DNA of 64,000 nt from an uncultured bacterium (GCA_963749495.1 CAVVMW010000023.1:800001-864000); one strand, 5' to 3'. Numbered from the stretch's first letter, positions 19,254 through 28,821 are shown. Numbers and translations are program-made. Notes: a model not told the origin generated them from the sequence alone.

Positions 19254-19799
19254 GTGAACGTGAGCGATTCGGACCTCTTCCTGGCGGGTCTCGGCCTGTT
19301 GATCGGCTTCGTCACCACTTCCTCCATGGACCTGCGACACTGCCGGCTGCTCCACATGGCCCTGATACCGGTGTTGTTGGTCGGGCTGTGCCATCTAATC
19401 CCCGACGGTCGGGATTTGGCCGTCAACCTCGCCGGGTTCACTGGTTTTCTTGTGCCCATGCTCATTCTGGCGGTTCTGCTTGCACCGAGCCTGGGCTGGT
19501 TCTTTGGCGGGGCGCTGTTGGGCGTCCTCGATCACCCCGATCACCGACCGGAACGGACGCTGGAGTTGCACCAGGTTCGGCGGCTCATCGCAAGTGGCCA
19601 ACGGGCAGAGGCCTACCAACTGCTGGCCCGCAACCTTCGCCGCACCATGCCGACCTACGAGGCCCTGTACCTGAAGGCCACCCTGGAGCTGGACATGGGG
19701 AAGATCAGCCGCGCTCGCTGCACGGTGCGCCGGATGAGACGGTTCGCCATTGGTGACACACAAAAGCAGTTTGTCGCGCAGCTCTTGAGGAGTCTTTAA
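19254..19799 (+). CDS. Membrane protein with a C-terminal TPR-like helical domain
   Basis: About three hydrophobic segments, then AEAYQLL...YEALYLKATLELDMG. Confidence 0.6.
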   Translation: MNVSDSDLFLAGLGLLIGFVTTSSMDLRHCRLLHMALIPVLLVGLCHLIPDGRDLAVNLAGFTGFLVPMLILAVLLAPSLGWFFGGALLGVLDHPDHRPERTLELHQVRRLIASGQRAEAYQLLARNLRRTMPTYEALYLKATLELDMGKISRARCTVRRMRRFAIGDTQKQFVAQLLRSL

Positions 19800-19834
19800 G
19801 GTGCCGAGGCTTATCTCGCCACGTGTGCGAGAGG

Positions 19835-20119
19835 TTACCGGCCTGCCCTTGGTGGCCCCCCTGGCATCTCCTCCTGTCGGCCCCGCCACTCTTCCAGCGC
19901 CCGCTGGGCCTCGGCGAGCGTCCGGTCCAAGCCGGTCAGCTCCCGAATCTCCTGGTCAGGAGGCGCCGCCCTGGAACGGAGCCGCGACCGCTTCCGCTCC
20001 CGGTCCTGCAGGGCCGACCGGATGCGGCGGCGCAAAGCGGCGATTTCCTGCGCCAAGCCGTCAGCCTCCAAGGACGCGGATTCGTCTGTACTCCTCATGT
20101 CGAACGCAGCCGAGATCAT
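19835..20119 (-). CDS. Small coiled-coil hypothetical protein
   Basis: Heptad-like E/R/L-rich 94 aa ORF. Confidence 0.4.
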   Translation of the reverse strand: MISAAFDMRSTDESASLEADGLAQEIAALRRRIRSALQDRERKRSRLRSRAAPPDQEIRELTGLDRTLAEAQRALEEWRGRQEEMPGGPPRAGR

Positions 20120-20311
20120 GGTCCATTCTGATAAACTTTCATCGCCGCCACGAGTCCCGGCGGATTACCGGCAGAGTGGGAGGTTTGGCGGGGAATGCAA
20201 GCCGGGTCTGCGGTCGGCGTCTCCCATTTGCAAGCTCCGCCAAGTGTGACTGTGCTCGGGAAGGACCACTGACGGAAAGGCCTGAAACCAGGCCGCCTTG
20301 GCACTAACCCG

Positions 20312-20897
20312 CTCAGGCCGCTGGGCCGCATCCTGGCCACAATGGACCTTCGCCCTGCCGGTGGCGCCACCCTCAGGCCGGGCGGCCATTTCAATAACAC
20401 AATGGACCTTCGCCGGCGCTGTCGCGCCGTTGCAGGGGGCCGCAGTCCGCCCCGGCCAGCTCTTGAGCCTGCGGAACCTGCCCTCTCCTCAGGCGCCGAT
20501 TGCCCTCAACCTGGGCTCTGCCAGGCGGGTTCGGAGGGGGCGGAAACCATGGCGTTGATTCGTTCCACCCATTGGCAGCCAAACCAACAAACACGAAAGA
20601 CCCGGTCCAAACTCGGCCCGGCATCCGCCGCCGCCGGTGTCGGCGGTGTCGGCGCAGCGCTTGGCAATTAGGCTGAGAGGCACCACATTGGCGCCGGTGG
20701 ATGCGCCCGTTGACATCCGAGCGATTTAAGGTCGTCAGCGCGCCGAAGACTTGCGGCGCCTGGCCGCAGGCGAAGTCACGCCGGAGGAATCACGCGGTGT
20801 AAGCACGTGATCGGACGCGGCCCCAGCTTCGGCCAAGAGGAGCCAGGCTCCCTCAGGCCCGGGGGGCCATTTCAATTGCACAATGAACCTTCGCCGG
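20312..20897. repeat. Three copies of a ~45 bp non-coding repeat
   Basis: CTCAGGCC...CACAATG(G/A)ACCTTCGCC at 20312-20354, 20371-20416 and 20851-20897; the first two have an exact 60 bp period. Confidence 0.8.
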
Positions 20898-21337
20898 GGC
20901 TGCCGCCCCGTGACATGGGGCCCTGTTGGCAAAACCGCAACACCCCGTTCCGGACCCAAGCGGCACCCTGCCGGATTGAAAATGCCCGGCGGGTGAACGC
21001 GCGAGCCGGTCGGCTACGCCCAGACCGGCGGGCCTGGCCCCCGGAGTTGACTGCGCCTGCTCGCACCTGCTCGCACCTGCTCGCTCTGCGCCCCAGACAG
21101 GGAGGGACTGTCGGGAGCATCACTGCGCACCGCGGCTTTCGGACCGGCACCAACCAAGCGCTTTGGCGATCCCGAAGGGAGCCGCCCGGCCGCCCGGTTG
21201 TCCGCAGGGTATCCCATGAGGCGCCGGCGGAATGCCGCGCCATCCGCAACGTTGCTCTCGTGATTCTCGCCCTCTCCACCCATCCAGGGCAGGGGCAAGC
21301 TCCGCTCAAGAAGGACAAGGGCCAGGTAAACCGATCA

Positions 21338-21535
21338 ATGAAGACCCAGCTCGAACTTGCCCGGCAGTGCCTGACCCTGGCGGGAACGCCGTTCACCGAA
21401 GAAACCCTCACCGGAGGCTGGACCAAGCTTCGTATCCAGAACACCCCCGGCAAGTGCCCCGAGGAGAACCTCCGCCGGTTCTTCCCCTCAGCCGCCAGCT
21501 TCGACAGCACGGGCAACCTTGTCGCAGTCGGCTGA
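21338..21535 (+). CDS. Small hypothetical protein
   Basis: 65 aa, protein-like (MKTQLELARQCL...). Confidence 0.45.
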   Translation: MKTQLELARQCLTLAGTPFTEETLTGGWTKLRIQNTPGKCPEENLRRFFPSAASFDSTGNLVAVG

Positions 21536-21725
21536 CCCATTGGGGGGGGCGCCAAAGAGGTTCTCGTCCGGGATCCCTGGGGCGCCCACGGCCTCCGCAG
21601 GGTTCCGCTTGGCGGCCGGCTGGGAGTTGCCAGGGTCAGACTGGAATTCCTCCGGGCCGATCGCCGGAAGCCGCTCGGCAGCCCAGCTCGAAATAGACTC
21701 TGTCCAAAAACCCTCGCCGGATCGT

Positions 21726-22451
21726 ATGAGCAAGGCAATGTCAGCAAAGCCAGGCGATGTAATCACCAAGGTCGCCGTCCGGGTCGTGTTCGACGCCTAT
21801 TTCGAGCGCGTCATCCTTGGCAGCCACCTGGAACGGCTCCCCCGCGCGAGCCGCCAGGCGCCCATTACCTATCGGGTGAGGGCGGCTCTGCCGCAGCCGG
21901 AGGTGTACCGGGAATTGCGCAACCAGCGCTTCACCACCACGGTGGAGGATCTCGTCTCGGCCGCCCAAGGCGAGGTGGAGGCGCTTGCTGGCGAGTTGCG
22001 CGACTGGCACGGCAACCTGCCCGAGGGGATCAACAACTCGGATAAGGCCGGCGAGATCGACGAGGCAGCCAGCGCGCTCGAGAACGTCAATTTCCCGGAG
22101 GTCCCAGAGGGCCTCTGCGACATAAAGGTGTTGCACCTGCCCGCCCTGGAGCAGGATTCACGGCCCAAGCGCAATGCCGAGGTTGTCAGCATGCTGGACG
22201 ATGCCCTCGGCGCCCTGAACTCCAAGGCGGATGAACTCAAGGAGGCCATTGAGGACACCAAGAAGACGCGGGATGCCGGCGAACCCGGTGGAGACCCCGA
22301 CGCTGTGGCAGCGGTGGCGGCCTCGGTTTGCCCCGGCAACGAGGATGAGACCGACCCGCAGGAGCTGCTTAACGAGATCGAGTCTTTTGCGAGCGAGTTG
22401 GAGGAGGTCAAGGGCGAGCTTGAGAACGTCAGCTTCCCCAGCATGATGTAG
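21726..22451 (+). CDS. Acidic helical hypothetical protein (phage/plasmid type)
   Basis: ELRDWHGNLPEGINNSDKAGEIDEA motif; followed by a hairpin at 22453-22469. Confidence 0.7.
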   Translation: MSKAMSAKPGDVITKVAVRVVFDAYFERVILGSHLERLPRASRQAPITYRVRAALPQPEVYRELRNQRFTTTVEDLVSAAQGEVEALAGELRDWHGNLPEGINNSDKAGEIDEAASALENVNFPEVPEGLCDIKVLHLPALEQDSRPKRNAEVVSMLDDALGALNSKADELKEAIEDTKKTRDAGEPGGDPDAVAAVAASVCPGNEDETDPQELLNEIESFASELEEVKGELENVSFPSMM

Positions 22452-22587
22452 TCCCTCCGAGGCGGAGGGGGAAACCCGCCGGAACTTGTGGCCCGGACCG
22501 TTTGAGTGGGGCCGGGCATCTCATGCATGGCCTTTTTCGGCACGGATACCCGGACCAAACCCAGGGGGCTGCTCGCACGAGCGCGTG

Positions 22588-22615
22588 TTGCACTCGCACC
22601 TCCCAGAGCTACAAT
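22588..22615 (+). promoter_or_regulatory. Sigma70-type promoter of the protease gene (probably leaderless)
   Basis: TTGCAC-N16-TACAAT-N7-ATG. Confidence 0.55.
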
Positions 22616-22622
22616 GCCGCGT

Positions 22623-23444
22623 ATGGCTACGCCACAACAGAGAACAGCCGCCGAAAGGTACTGGAATTCCGTCTGCTTTGACGTGAACGAGGCGATGCGC
22701 GCCCACGTTCAGCCCTTCGTCACCCCAGTTTCGATGGTCTTGGCCGACGATCACGGCGAACTGCTCGGGACAGGCTCGTACATTGAGATTAACGGTAGGC
22801 GCTACCTGCTTACGAACGAGCACGTGGCTCGCGCACTCAACCACCATTCAATCGCGCACCAGTTTTCCGGGACCAACAACGTCTTCCGCTGTATAAACCC
22901 GATGGTCGCCGACCCCGCCCCGGTCGACGCCGCGCTCGCACTCATTGAAGACAGGGTCTGGGGACATTGCGGCCATACTGCCTCCGCAATCCCGCTGTGC
23001 CGATTCGCCACAACGCACGCCCCGGTACCCGGCGAGCTCCTTTTTCTCGTGGGCTACGCCGGCGCAAGGGCCAGATTTCTCTTTAACACGCTAATAGCGC
23101 CAGGCACACCCTACCTAACGCAGGAGACGCTAATGCAGGCCACCCACGGAAGACCAGAGTACCACTTCGCCCTCCCCTACGCACCGGACAGGGCCATATC
23201 GCCAGAACAGCGCGCCCAGCCCCTGCCCACGCCTCCCGGGATGAGTGGTTCACTGGTCTGGAACACCCGCGTTATCGAGTGCCACCGCGCTGGCATTGAC
23301 TGGACTCCGGCCGAAGCGCGAGTCACCGGGATCGTGTGGGGCTGGCCCGACGTTTTCCTCATTGCCACGAAAGTCGAGCATCTCCGGCTCGCGGATCTTG
23401 CCGCCGAGGCATCACGCCAAGCACTATTACGGGCTGGACCCTAA
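22623..23444 (+). CDS. Cytoplasmic trypsin-like serine protease
   Basis: GTGS, LLTNEHV (His), VDAAL (Asp), GMSGSLVW (Ser), VTGIVWG; no signal peptide. Confidence 0.8.
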   Translation: MATPQQRTAAERYWNSVCFDVNEAMRAHVQPFVTPVSMVLADDHGELLGTGSYIEINGRRYLLTNEHVARALNHHSIAHQFSGTNNVFRCINPMVADPAPVDAALALIEDRVWGHCGHTASAIPLCRFATTHAPVPGELLFLVGYAGARARFLFNTLIAPGTPYLTQETLMQATHGRPEYHFALPYAPDRAISPEQRAQPLPTPPGMSGSLVWNTRVIECHRAGIDWTPAEARVTGIVWGWPDVFLIATKVEHLRLADLAAEASRQALLRAGP

Positions 23445-23450
23445 GGTCCG

Positions 23451-23580
23451 TCACACTCCCCTTAACTTCCTTTGGTGGACTGCTCGCGACTTCGACGCAA
23501 CCAAGTACCGTAGCGCGTCGGTGGCGTCATCGCCGCCGGCGCGGTCCTCATCCGCATGCACCTTCAGCACGTCAACGGAA
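23451..23580 (-). pseudogene. Remnant of a phage large-terminase 3' end (copy 2)
   Basis: DVLKVHADEDRAGGDDATDALRYLVASKSRAVHQRKLRGV*; DDxxDALRY matches the last motif of terminase nuclease domains. Confidence 0.65.
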
Positions 23581-23713
23581 GCGTTTCCGCTAGGTGTGCG
23601 CACCCGGGTAGCCGCGGGAGTCCCGATGCTCTTGTGGTGCGCCTTCCCGCAGGGGCTTGGAACGGGTGACGCCCAGTAGAAGCGCAAGTAGGTGTTCCAC
23701 ACGCATTTCCAGC

Positions 23714-23882
23714 AAGGTCATGGGGGAGTTTTTGTGACATGCACGCACCACAATCAGCCCTGTTTTTGTGAGGTCCAGGCCGAAGCCGTGGTTTTCTGGT
23801 GACTTGCGCCTTCATGAAGGCCGCTCTTTGCGCAAGGCATGCGGGAGCTTTTGTGACCTGAGGTCCGAATCGGCCCTATAAT
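23714..23882 (+). promoter_or_regulatory. Repeat-containing leader/promoter of the relaxase operon (oriT candidate)
   Basis: TTTTGTGA at 23730, 23764 and 23849; imperfect ~24 bp direct repeat 23714-23738 / 23834-23857; palindrome CCTTCATGAAGG 23809-23820; TATAAT 23877-23882. Confidence 0.5.
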
Positions 23883-23888
23883 GGTGAC

Positions 23889-24413
23889 ATGGACGAAGGC
23901 AACGATGATCGGCGGCGGCATGAAAAGACCCTGGTTGAGGCAGGCAACCTGGAGGGGGACACGAGCCTCGAACGTGGCACGACTGAGTCGCCCAATGGGA
24001 CCGTCCAGGCGGCCAGCGATAGCGGCATCGAGGAGGAATCCCTTGACGATGGCCCCGGCGTTGATCCGATACAAACCCTTCTCAACCGGCGATACCCCCA
24101 AGTCGCCCTGCACCGGGACACGCTCCGTCTGCTCCAGCGCGTTGAATGGACGAGCCGCATTCAAGGGGTCAACGATTTCTGCAACGATGCAATCCGTTAC
24201 GTAATCCTGGCGCGCGAGTCCGGCACCATCACGTTCAACGACCTGCACGCCGTGTCCGCCGCGCTCGATGCCAGGCTCGATGAGCTGAGCGTAATCCTGC
24301 TGCACTTGCACCAGGCCGTAGGCAACCTGTCCATCATCGTCGAGCACCAACGGCTCATCGGGGCTTATGGCGAGCGGCTGAAGAAAGCCGCCGCAACGAC
24401 GCGCGATCAATAA
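23889..24413 (+). CDS. Hypothetical protein (possible relaxosome accessory)
   Basis: First gene of the relaxase operon; acidic N-terminus, helical C-terminus. Confidence 0.65.
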   Translation: MDEGNDDRRRHEKTLVEAGNLEGDTSLERGTTESPNGTVQAASDSGIEEESLDDGPGVDPIQTLLNRRYPQVALHRDTLRLLQRVEWTSRIQGVNDFCNDAIRYVILARESGTITFNDLHAVSAALDARLDELSVILLHLHQAVGNLSIIVEHQRLIGAYGERLKKAAATTRDQ

Positions 24414-24420
24414 AAGGGTC

Positions 24421-24750
24421 ATGGACGAGCTGCTGACATTGGCCATCGGGAAACTCGCAGACCATTATCAGGTTAGTGAGGATTACCTGAAGAGGGCCCT
24501 GCTGCTTCGGGCAGTAGCCGAGTTGAACGCAACTACGGACCGGACCAGGCCGGCCAGGCCAGGGGAACTTGAGGTCGTTCTCACGAACCTGAACAAACCG
24601 CTCGACAACGTCCTCGAGGGCTTTCGGCGGCAGCTCGTTGAGGCAGAGAACGCCGTCCAAAACGCCAACATCGCCATCGCGATCGCCGAACGGGTGACGG
24701 CAGTCCTTCGCACACAGGTGGAGGCCCCACCGCTCAAGTCTGCTGGTTGA
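24421..24750 (+). CDS. Small helical protein, MobC-like by position
   Basis: LADHYQVSEDYLKRALL resembles RHH helices; its stop overlaps the relaxase start. Confidence 0.55.
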   Translation: MDELLTLAIGKLADHYQVSEDYLKRALLLRAVAELNATTDRTRPARPGELEVVLTNLNKPLDNVLEGFRRQLVEAENAVQNANIAIAIAERVTAVLRTQVEAPPLKSAG

Positions 24751-26219
24751 ACGTGATCCTCAAGCGCACCAAGTCGCTCAGGCAGCCCTCCAAGGCGATG
24801 GAATGGGCGAAGGAGTATCTGGATGAGCTGGGCAAGCACAAGGGGCAGGGCGTAGGCCAGCTTGGGCTGGGCATCGGAAAGAAATACCACTGCTCGCGCC
24901 CGCCCGGCCTCCTTACAGCTCACGGTTATATCCGGCGGCAGGTGGACGAGATCCGGCAGCAGCTGTTCCCCGGAAGCGTTGAACGGGCCGGAGCCTCGGG
25001 GAACAACCAGGCCGTCCAGGAGTTCGTCCGCCAGCATTGCCGGTCGCAACGGGAGAAGAAACGGAAGATACTCGCGCTTCGCCTGATAGCGAGCCTGGAC
25101 CCGGAGACGGTGGAGGCGATGGTTCGCTACCCCGTTGACCTCGACCGGCTCTTGGTCGGCGCCATCGAAGGAACCCTCACCCGGGCGGCCGCTAAGTATT
25201 ACCCGGGGGACGAACTGGGCTACATCATCGGAGTCCACCACGATGCCCTCGACCGATTTGGCCGGCCACATCTCCACGCCCATGTCTTCCTTCTGCCGCA
25301 GACCCGCAATGGGCTCCGGATCAGTATGAGCAACCACAATTGCCCGGGCCGCGACGGGAAGTTCGTAAACGTGCTGTCGGAAACCCGGGACGAGTTCTGT
25401 GAAATTGCCTCGGACCTCCTGGACGCCACGGCACCCGCCCGTTACCGGGGCTATGCCACCCAGGAGTGGGACGACTTGGCCAAGGAGATCAGCATGAAGA
25501 CCGCGGAGACGGTGGCGGCGGCTAGGCCGATGAGCACGGACCGAACCCGGCATTACGCGATCAGCACCTTCATGTTCTACGTGAAGAAGACCAACCCAGC
25601 CTGGCTGCGGCGGCGGCTCGACAGGCTGAAGGAGAGAATCCAACGGCTCTCGGAGGCCAGGCGGCAGGATCTGATCTCGGAGCTCAAGTTCATCTACGGG
25701 GGGATTGAAGGCCGCATCGTCCGGACGGGCTTCGAGCAGCGGCGCGAGCTCTTGCACAGCATCCTTCCCGCCTTTCGAGCGGAACGGGTGAAGTGTGAAA
25801 CAAGCGATTGCCGGCTGGAGGCGACCCGCACCTGCCTGGTCCGATGGAGGACGGTGGGCAGCCGAAGAGGGCTCATCGAGCGGGCGATGCAGGAGGTGGA
25901 CGACCGCCGGATGGCTTCCCGGATAAGCATGCTGGCGGAGACGGCCTTGATGGATTTGCACTTCGCGGCCGCCAGGTTGGCCCCCAACCCGCCTGCCTGG
26001 ATCCAGAGACTCGAGCTTTGCGCGGAAAACGATCGGTTGCCCAACAGAGAAATGGTGGACCGAAAACAGCCGGAACCTGATTTTGAGGCTCCAGCGCCGG
26101 AGCTCGAGACCTCGGACGCAGACCTGCGCGCGCCAGCACCAGCCCAACCTCCGGCGACCCCTTCGAGGGAGCCTCCGCTTTTCCCGCCCACTACGGCCGC
26201 CCCCATTTCAAAGCGGTAG
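24747..26219 (+). CDS. Divergent HUH relaxase (MOBP-like)
   Basis: N-terminal Tyr (AKEYL), motif II-like LRLIASLDPE, motif III YIIGVHHD......PHLHAHVFL. Confidence 0.75.
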   Translation: MNVILKRTKSLRQPSKAMEWAKEYLDELGKHKGQGVGQLGLGIGKKYHCSRPPGLLTAHGYIRRQVDEIRQQLFPGSVERAGASGNNQAVQEFVRQHCRSQREKKRKILALRLIASLDPETVEAMVRYPVDLDRLLVGAIEGTLTRAAAKYYPGDELGYIIGVHHDALDRFGRPHLHAHVFLLPQTRNGLRISMSNHNCPGRDGKFVNVLSETRDEFCEIASDLLDATAPARYRGYATQEWDDLAKEISMKTAETVAAARPMSTDRTRHYAISTFMFYVKKTNPAWLRRRLDRLKERIQRLSEARRQDLISELKFIYGGIEGRIVRTGFEQRRELLHSILPAFRAERVKCETSDCRLEATRTCLVRWRTVGSRRGLIERAMQEVDDRRMASRISMLAETALMDLHFAAARLAPNPPAWIQRLELCAENDRLPNREMVDRKQPEPDFEAPAPELETSDADLRAPAPAQPPATPSREPPLFPPTTAAPISKR

Positions 26220-26303
26220 CCGACAGAGAACGAAGTCCACCTCAGAAAAAGAACAAGGCGCAACACCCCATCAGGAGCATTGCGCCTTTCGAACGACCAA
26301 GAT

Positions 26304-26774
26304 CTACGCCTTCTTTGCCGCCCTCACCTTTGCCCACCTTGCCTCACGGGCCTTCGCCAATGCCGCCAATCGTGCCTCACTCACCTGCTTCTTCTTGGCT
26401 GCCGCGGCCTTCTTTGCCGCCCTGAACTTCGCCCATCTCTTCTTGGCGGCCAAGGCCAAGGCCTTCCTGCCGGCGGCACTGACGTTTCTCTTCTTGGGCT
26501 GTTCTCCTGTCGCCGGCACTGCCTTCAGTTGAACTTCTCCCCTCTCTCTAGCGCGTCTCGCCCTCTGGGCGGCCCGGAGATTCGCCAGGCCCTCAGCGCT
26601 CATCTTCCTGCGCTTCTTCCTGCCCCTCCTTGCCGGTTGAGGTGCTTCAGGGGCAGGCCCAGGGATTTCAACGCCAAGAATCTCGTTGAGCTTATCCTGG
26701 AGCGCATCAATCCTCTCTTTGACTGTTGCTGCCTTTCGCAGTTGTCGGGGCGTAAGCGCGGTCAGTGCATTCAT
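26304..26774 (-). CDS. Basic histone-like/nucleoid-associated protein
   Basis: N-terminal coiled coil, then three repeats of (M/V)SxxxxxxLxxAxxxR(W)A in K/R/A-rich sequence; TTGACA promoter at 26804-26809. Confidence 0.75.
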   Translation of the reverse strand: MNALTALTPRQLRKAATVKERIDALQDKLNEILGVEIPGPAPEAPQPARRGRKKRRKMSAEGLANLRAAQRARRARERGEVQLKAVPATGEQPKKRNVSAAGRKALALAAKKRWAKFRAAKKAAAAKKKQVSEARLAALAKAREARWAKVRAAKKA

Positions 26775-27116
26775 TGGGCGCAAAGTGGCTGGACCCGGGA
26801 GGATGTCAAGCGTTCTAATCGAAAAGAACCCGGCATGAACGCCACTCGCTAACCCCCATATTCCAGGTCCCGGTAGCGACTGCCTCTAAATCTAAACAAG
26901 CGCCGTTATCTCCCGCCAGCCGATCCCGGAATCGCTCAGGATTCCACGCCCGCCAAATGTGGAGGCTCCAATGCCGGAGGTTGAGCCCTCGGATGCGGAG
27001 TTGCCCGGCCCCGCCCCGGCCAAAGAGCCAACGGGCCGCTCAAAGGAGCCTCCGGACGCTTCGCCAGCTACGGCCGCCCCCTCGTCTGGCCGGTAGAACG
27101 TGGCCGAACAATAGGC

Positions 27117-27608
27117 ATGGAAGAACACGGCCACACGACCGTCCACCTCGCCCAGAAACCGGACGGAACTTGCAAGCGGACTGTTACGATCATCGAGTAT
27201 GGCGCCTTCTTGAAATTGGTGGCCAAGCCGAAGCGCAAGCTGTTCACCGACCGGCACGGAGATCTCTGCACTTCGAAGTTCCCCGGAGCGGCCACCAGCC
27301 AAGTGCTCTACCTGCGCATACAACCGGGTGGAGAATTCCTCTTTGGGAGGCATATCGAGGACGCCACCCTGTTCACCAACGCCTCTCACGTGCTTTCCAG
27401 GCTCATCGATATGGTCCAAATCAATTGCGAGCATTGCGCGGCGATAGAAATCGGCAATGACCGGCAAGCCTCCAGAGTCAAACTACCTCACCGAACAGCT
27501 TTTCAAATCGCCAGTTTGAAGGCAAAGGCAAAGGCCGACAGCACCGGTCGGCCCGTTCCCATCTTAGTCCCAAGCCAGGGCAAGCCGGCGTCCGTCCAAG
27601 ACCGCTGA
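27117..27608 (+). CDS. Hypothetical protein
   Basis: 163 aa, protein-like composition. Confidence 0.55.
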   Translation: MEEHGHTTVHLAQKPDGTCKRTVTIIEYGAFLKLVAKPKRKLFTDRHGDLCTSKFPGAATSQVLYLRIQPGGEFLFGRHIEDATLFTNASHVLSRLIDMVQINCEHCAAIEIGNDRQASRVKLPHRTAFQIASLKAKAKADSTGRPVPILVPSQGKPASVQDR

Positions 27609-27790
27609 TGCCCTCCAACGGCGGCGATCGGTGTTCATGATGTTGCTCGGCCTGCTCCCGCAAGGAATCTCCGGAGATCGATGGTCGAAGGAATCGCCTC
27701 GAACCGGGCCTACAATGGAGATAGCGGAGCAAGATGCCGAGTTGATGCACGGACCGTATGGCCGATAAGCCCGCCAAACAAATGAGCGGT

Positions 27791-28417
27791 ATGCGAGCGT
27801 TGTACATCCATACTTTCGCACGGCAGGCCCAGGTGGACGACGAACCTGCCTGGGTCAACCCCTTTCATGCCCAGATATTTGGCATATACATGATCGGCGA
27901 GTTAAATACCCAACCGACCGCGGTCGTGGTGGCGCCGGGTCAAAAGTTGGAGTGCCGGGAAGCGGCCTTATCTGCTGCGCGAACGAGGCCGACATGCTGA
28001 AGCAGTTTTGGGGCTTCTACAAATCAGGCCCCGGAGAACCTGGTGACCTTCAACGGGCGCAAATACACGATTCCGTGCCTTTACTGGCGCAGCGCGCTGC
28101 ATGGGGTGGAAATCGCCAACACGGACTTGCTGCATGACCGGTACAAACCCGGCCCGCACGTGGACCTGGCGGACGTGCTCACGTATCACGGGCTCCTGCG
28201 AATTCCGGCGCTTGAGGTTCTGGCCGCGCAGTTGAGCATCCCGATGCCTTCCCTGCGGGAAGGGGCCGCCATTCAGCAGATGATCAGCGCAGTCCTGGCG
28301 GCGCCCAACCCGGCCATGCTGCAGATGCTCGCAAAAAACGGGGTCGAGTACGCCGCCGTGATTTCGCGGATCAGCGCGCACTGGCGCAAGCAGCTCAACA
28401 AAACCGCATATCGATGA
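27791..28417 (+). pseudogene. PolB-type 3'-5' exonuclease-fold protein lacking catalytic acids; two apparent frameshifts (~27970, ~28035)
   Basis: Pieces NPFHAQIFGI / EADMLKQFW / LVTFNGRKYTIPCLYWRS...RY...HVDLADVL lie in three frames; the stop overlaps the pilin ATG. Confidence 0.65.
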
Positions 28418-28821
28418 AGTCGAGGAGACAAGGGTTCACCCTGATCGAAGTGGTCGTCGTCGTGGTTGTGGTCCTCATCCTGGCGGCCATCGTCATCGCC
28501 CAATTCGGGCGGGTTGGGGAGAGCGCGCGCAACGCGGTCATCCACAACTTCCTTAAAGACTGCCGCACAGTCTATGTGCGGCTGAATTACGGGCAGGCCC
28601 CCGACTATGCCACGGTCACCAACGCCGTGTCGCTCAAGGATTATGTGGCCGCGACCACGTTGGGCGACGTGCAGGCCCAGTTAAACGGGAACACCTTGCT
28701 GGTCAGTGGGGTGCCCGACAGCCTCTTCAAGGACAAACGCACCGCCCTCACGGTCGATTACCAGCACAACACTTATGATGGGGACAGCGAGGACGTGTTT
28801 CTAGGGAAAGTCCTCTGGTAG
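28414..28821 (+). CDS. Type IV pilin/pseudopilin
   Basis: Class III signal MKSRRQG|FTLIE followed by a hydrophobic helix. Confidence 0.9.
   Translation: MKSRRQGFTLIEVVVVVVVVLILAAIVIAQFGRVGESARNAVIHNFLKDCRTVYVRLNYGQAPDYATVTNAVSLKDYVAATTLGDVQAQLNGNTLLVSGVPDSLFKDKRTALTVDYQHNTYDGDSEDVFLGKVLW

Noticed and set aside
20312..20990. CRISPR array (ATTGAAA-containing repeats)
   Set aside because: Only three irregularly spaced, non-identical copies, no repeat-spacer periodicity and no cas genes.
16382..23580. Intact prophage
   Set aside because: Only terminase tails and a dead integrase; no portal, capsid, tail or lysis genes.
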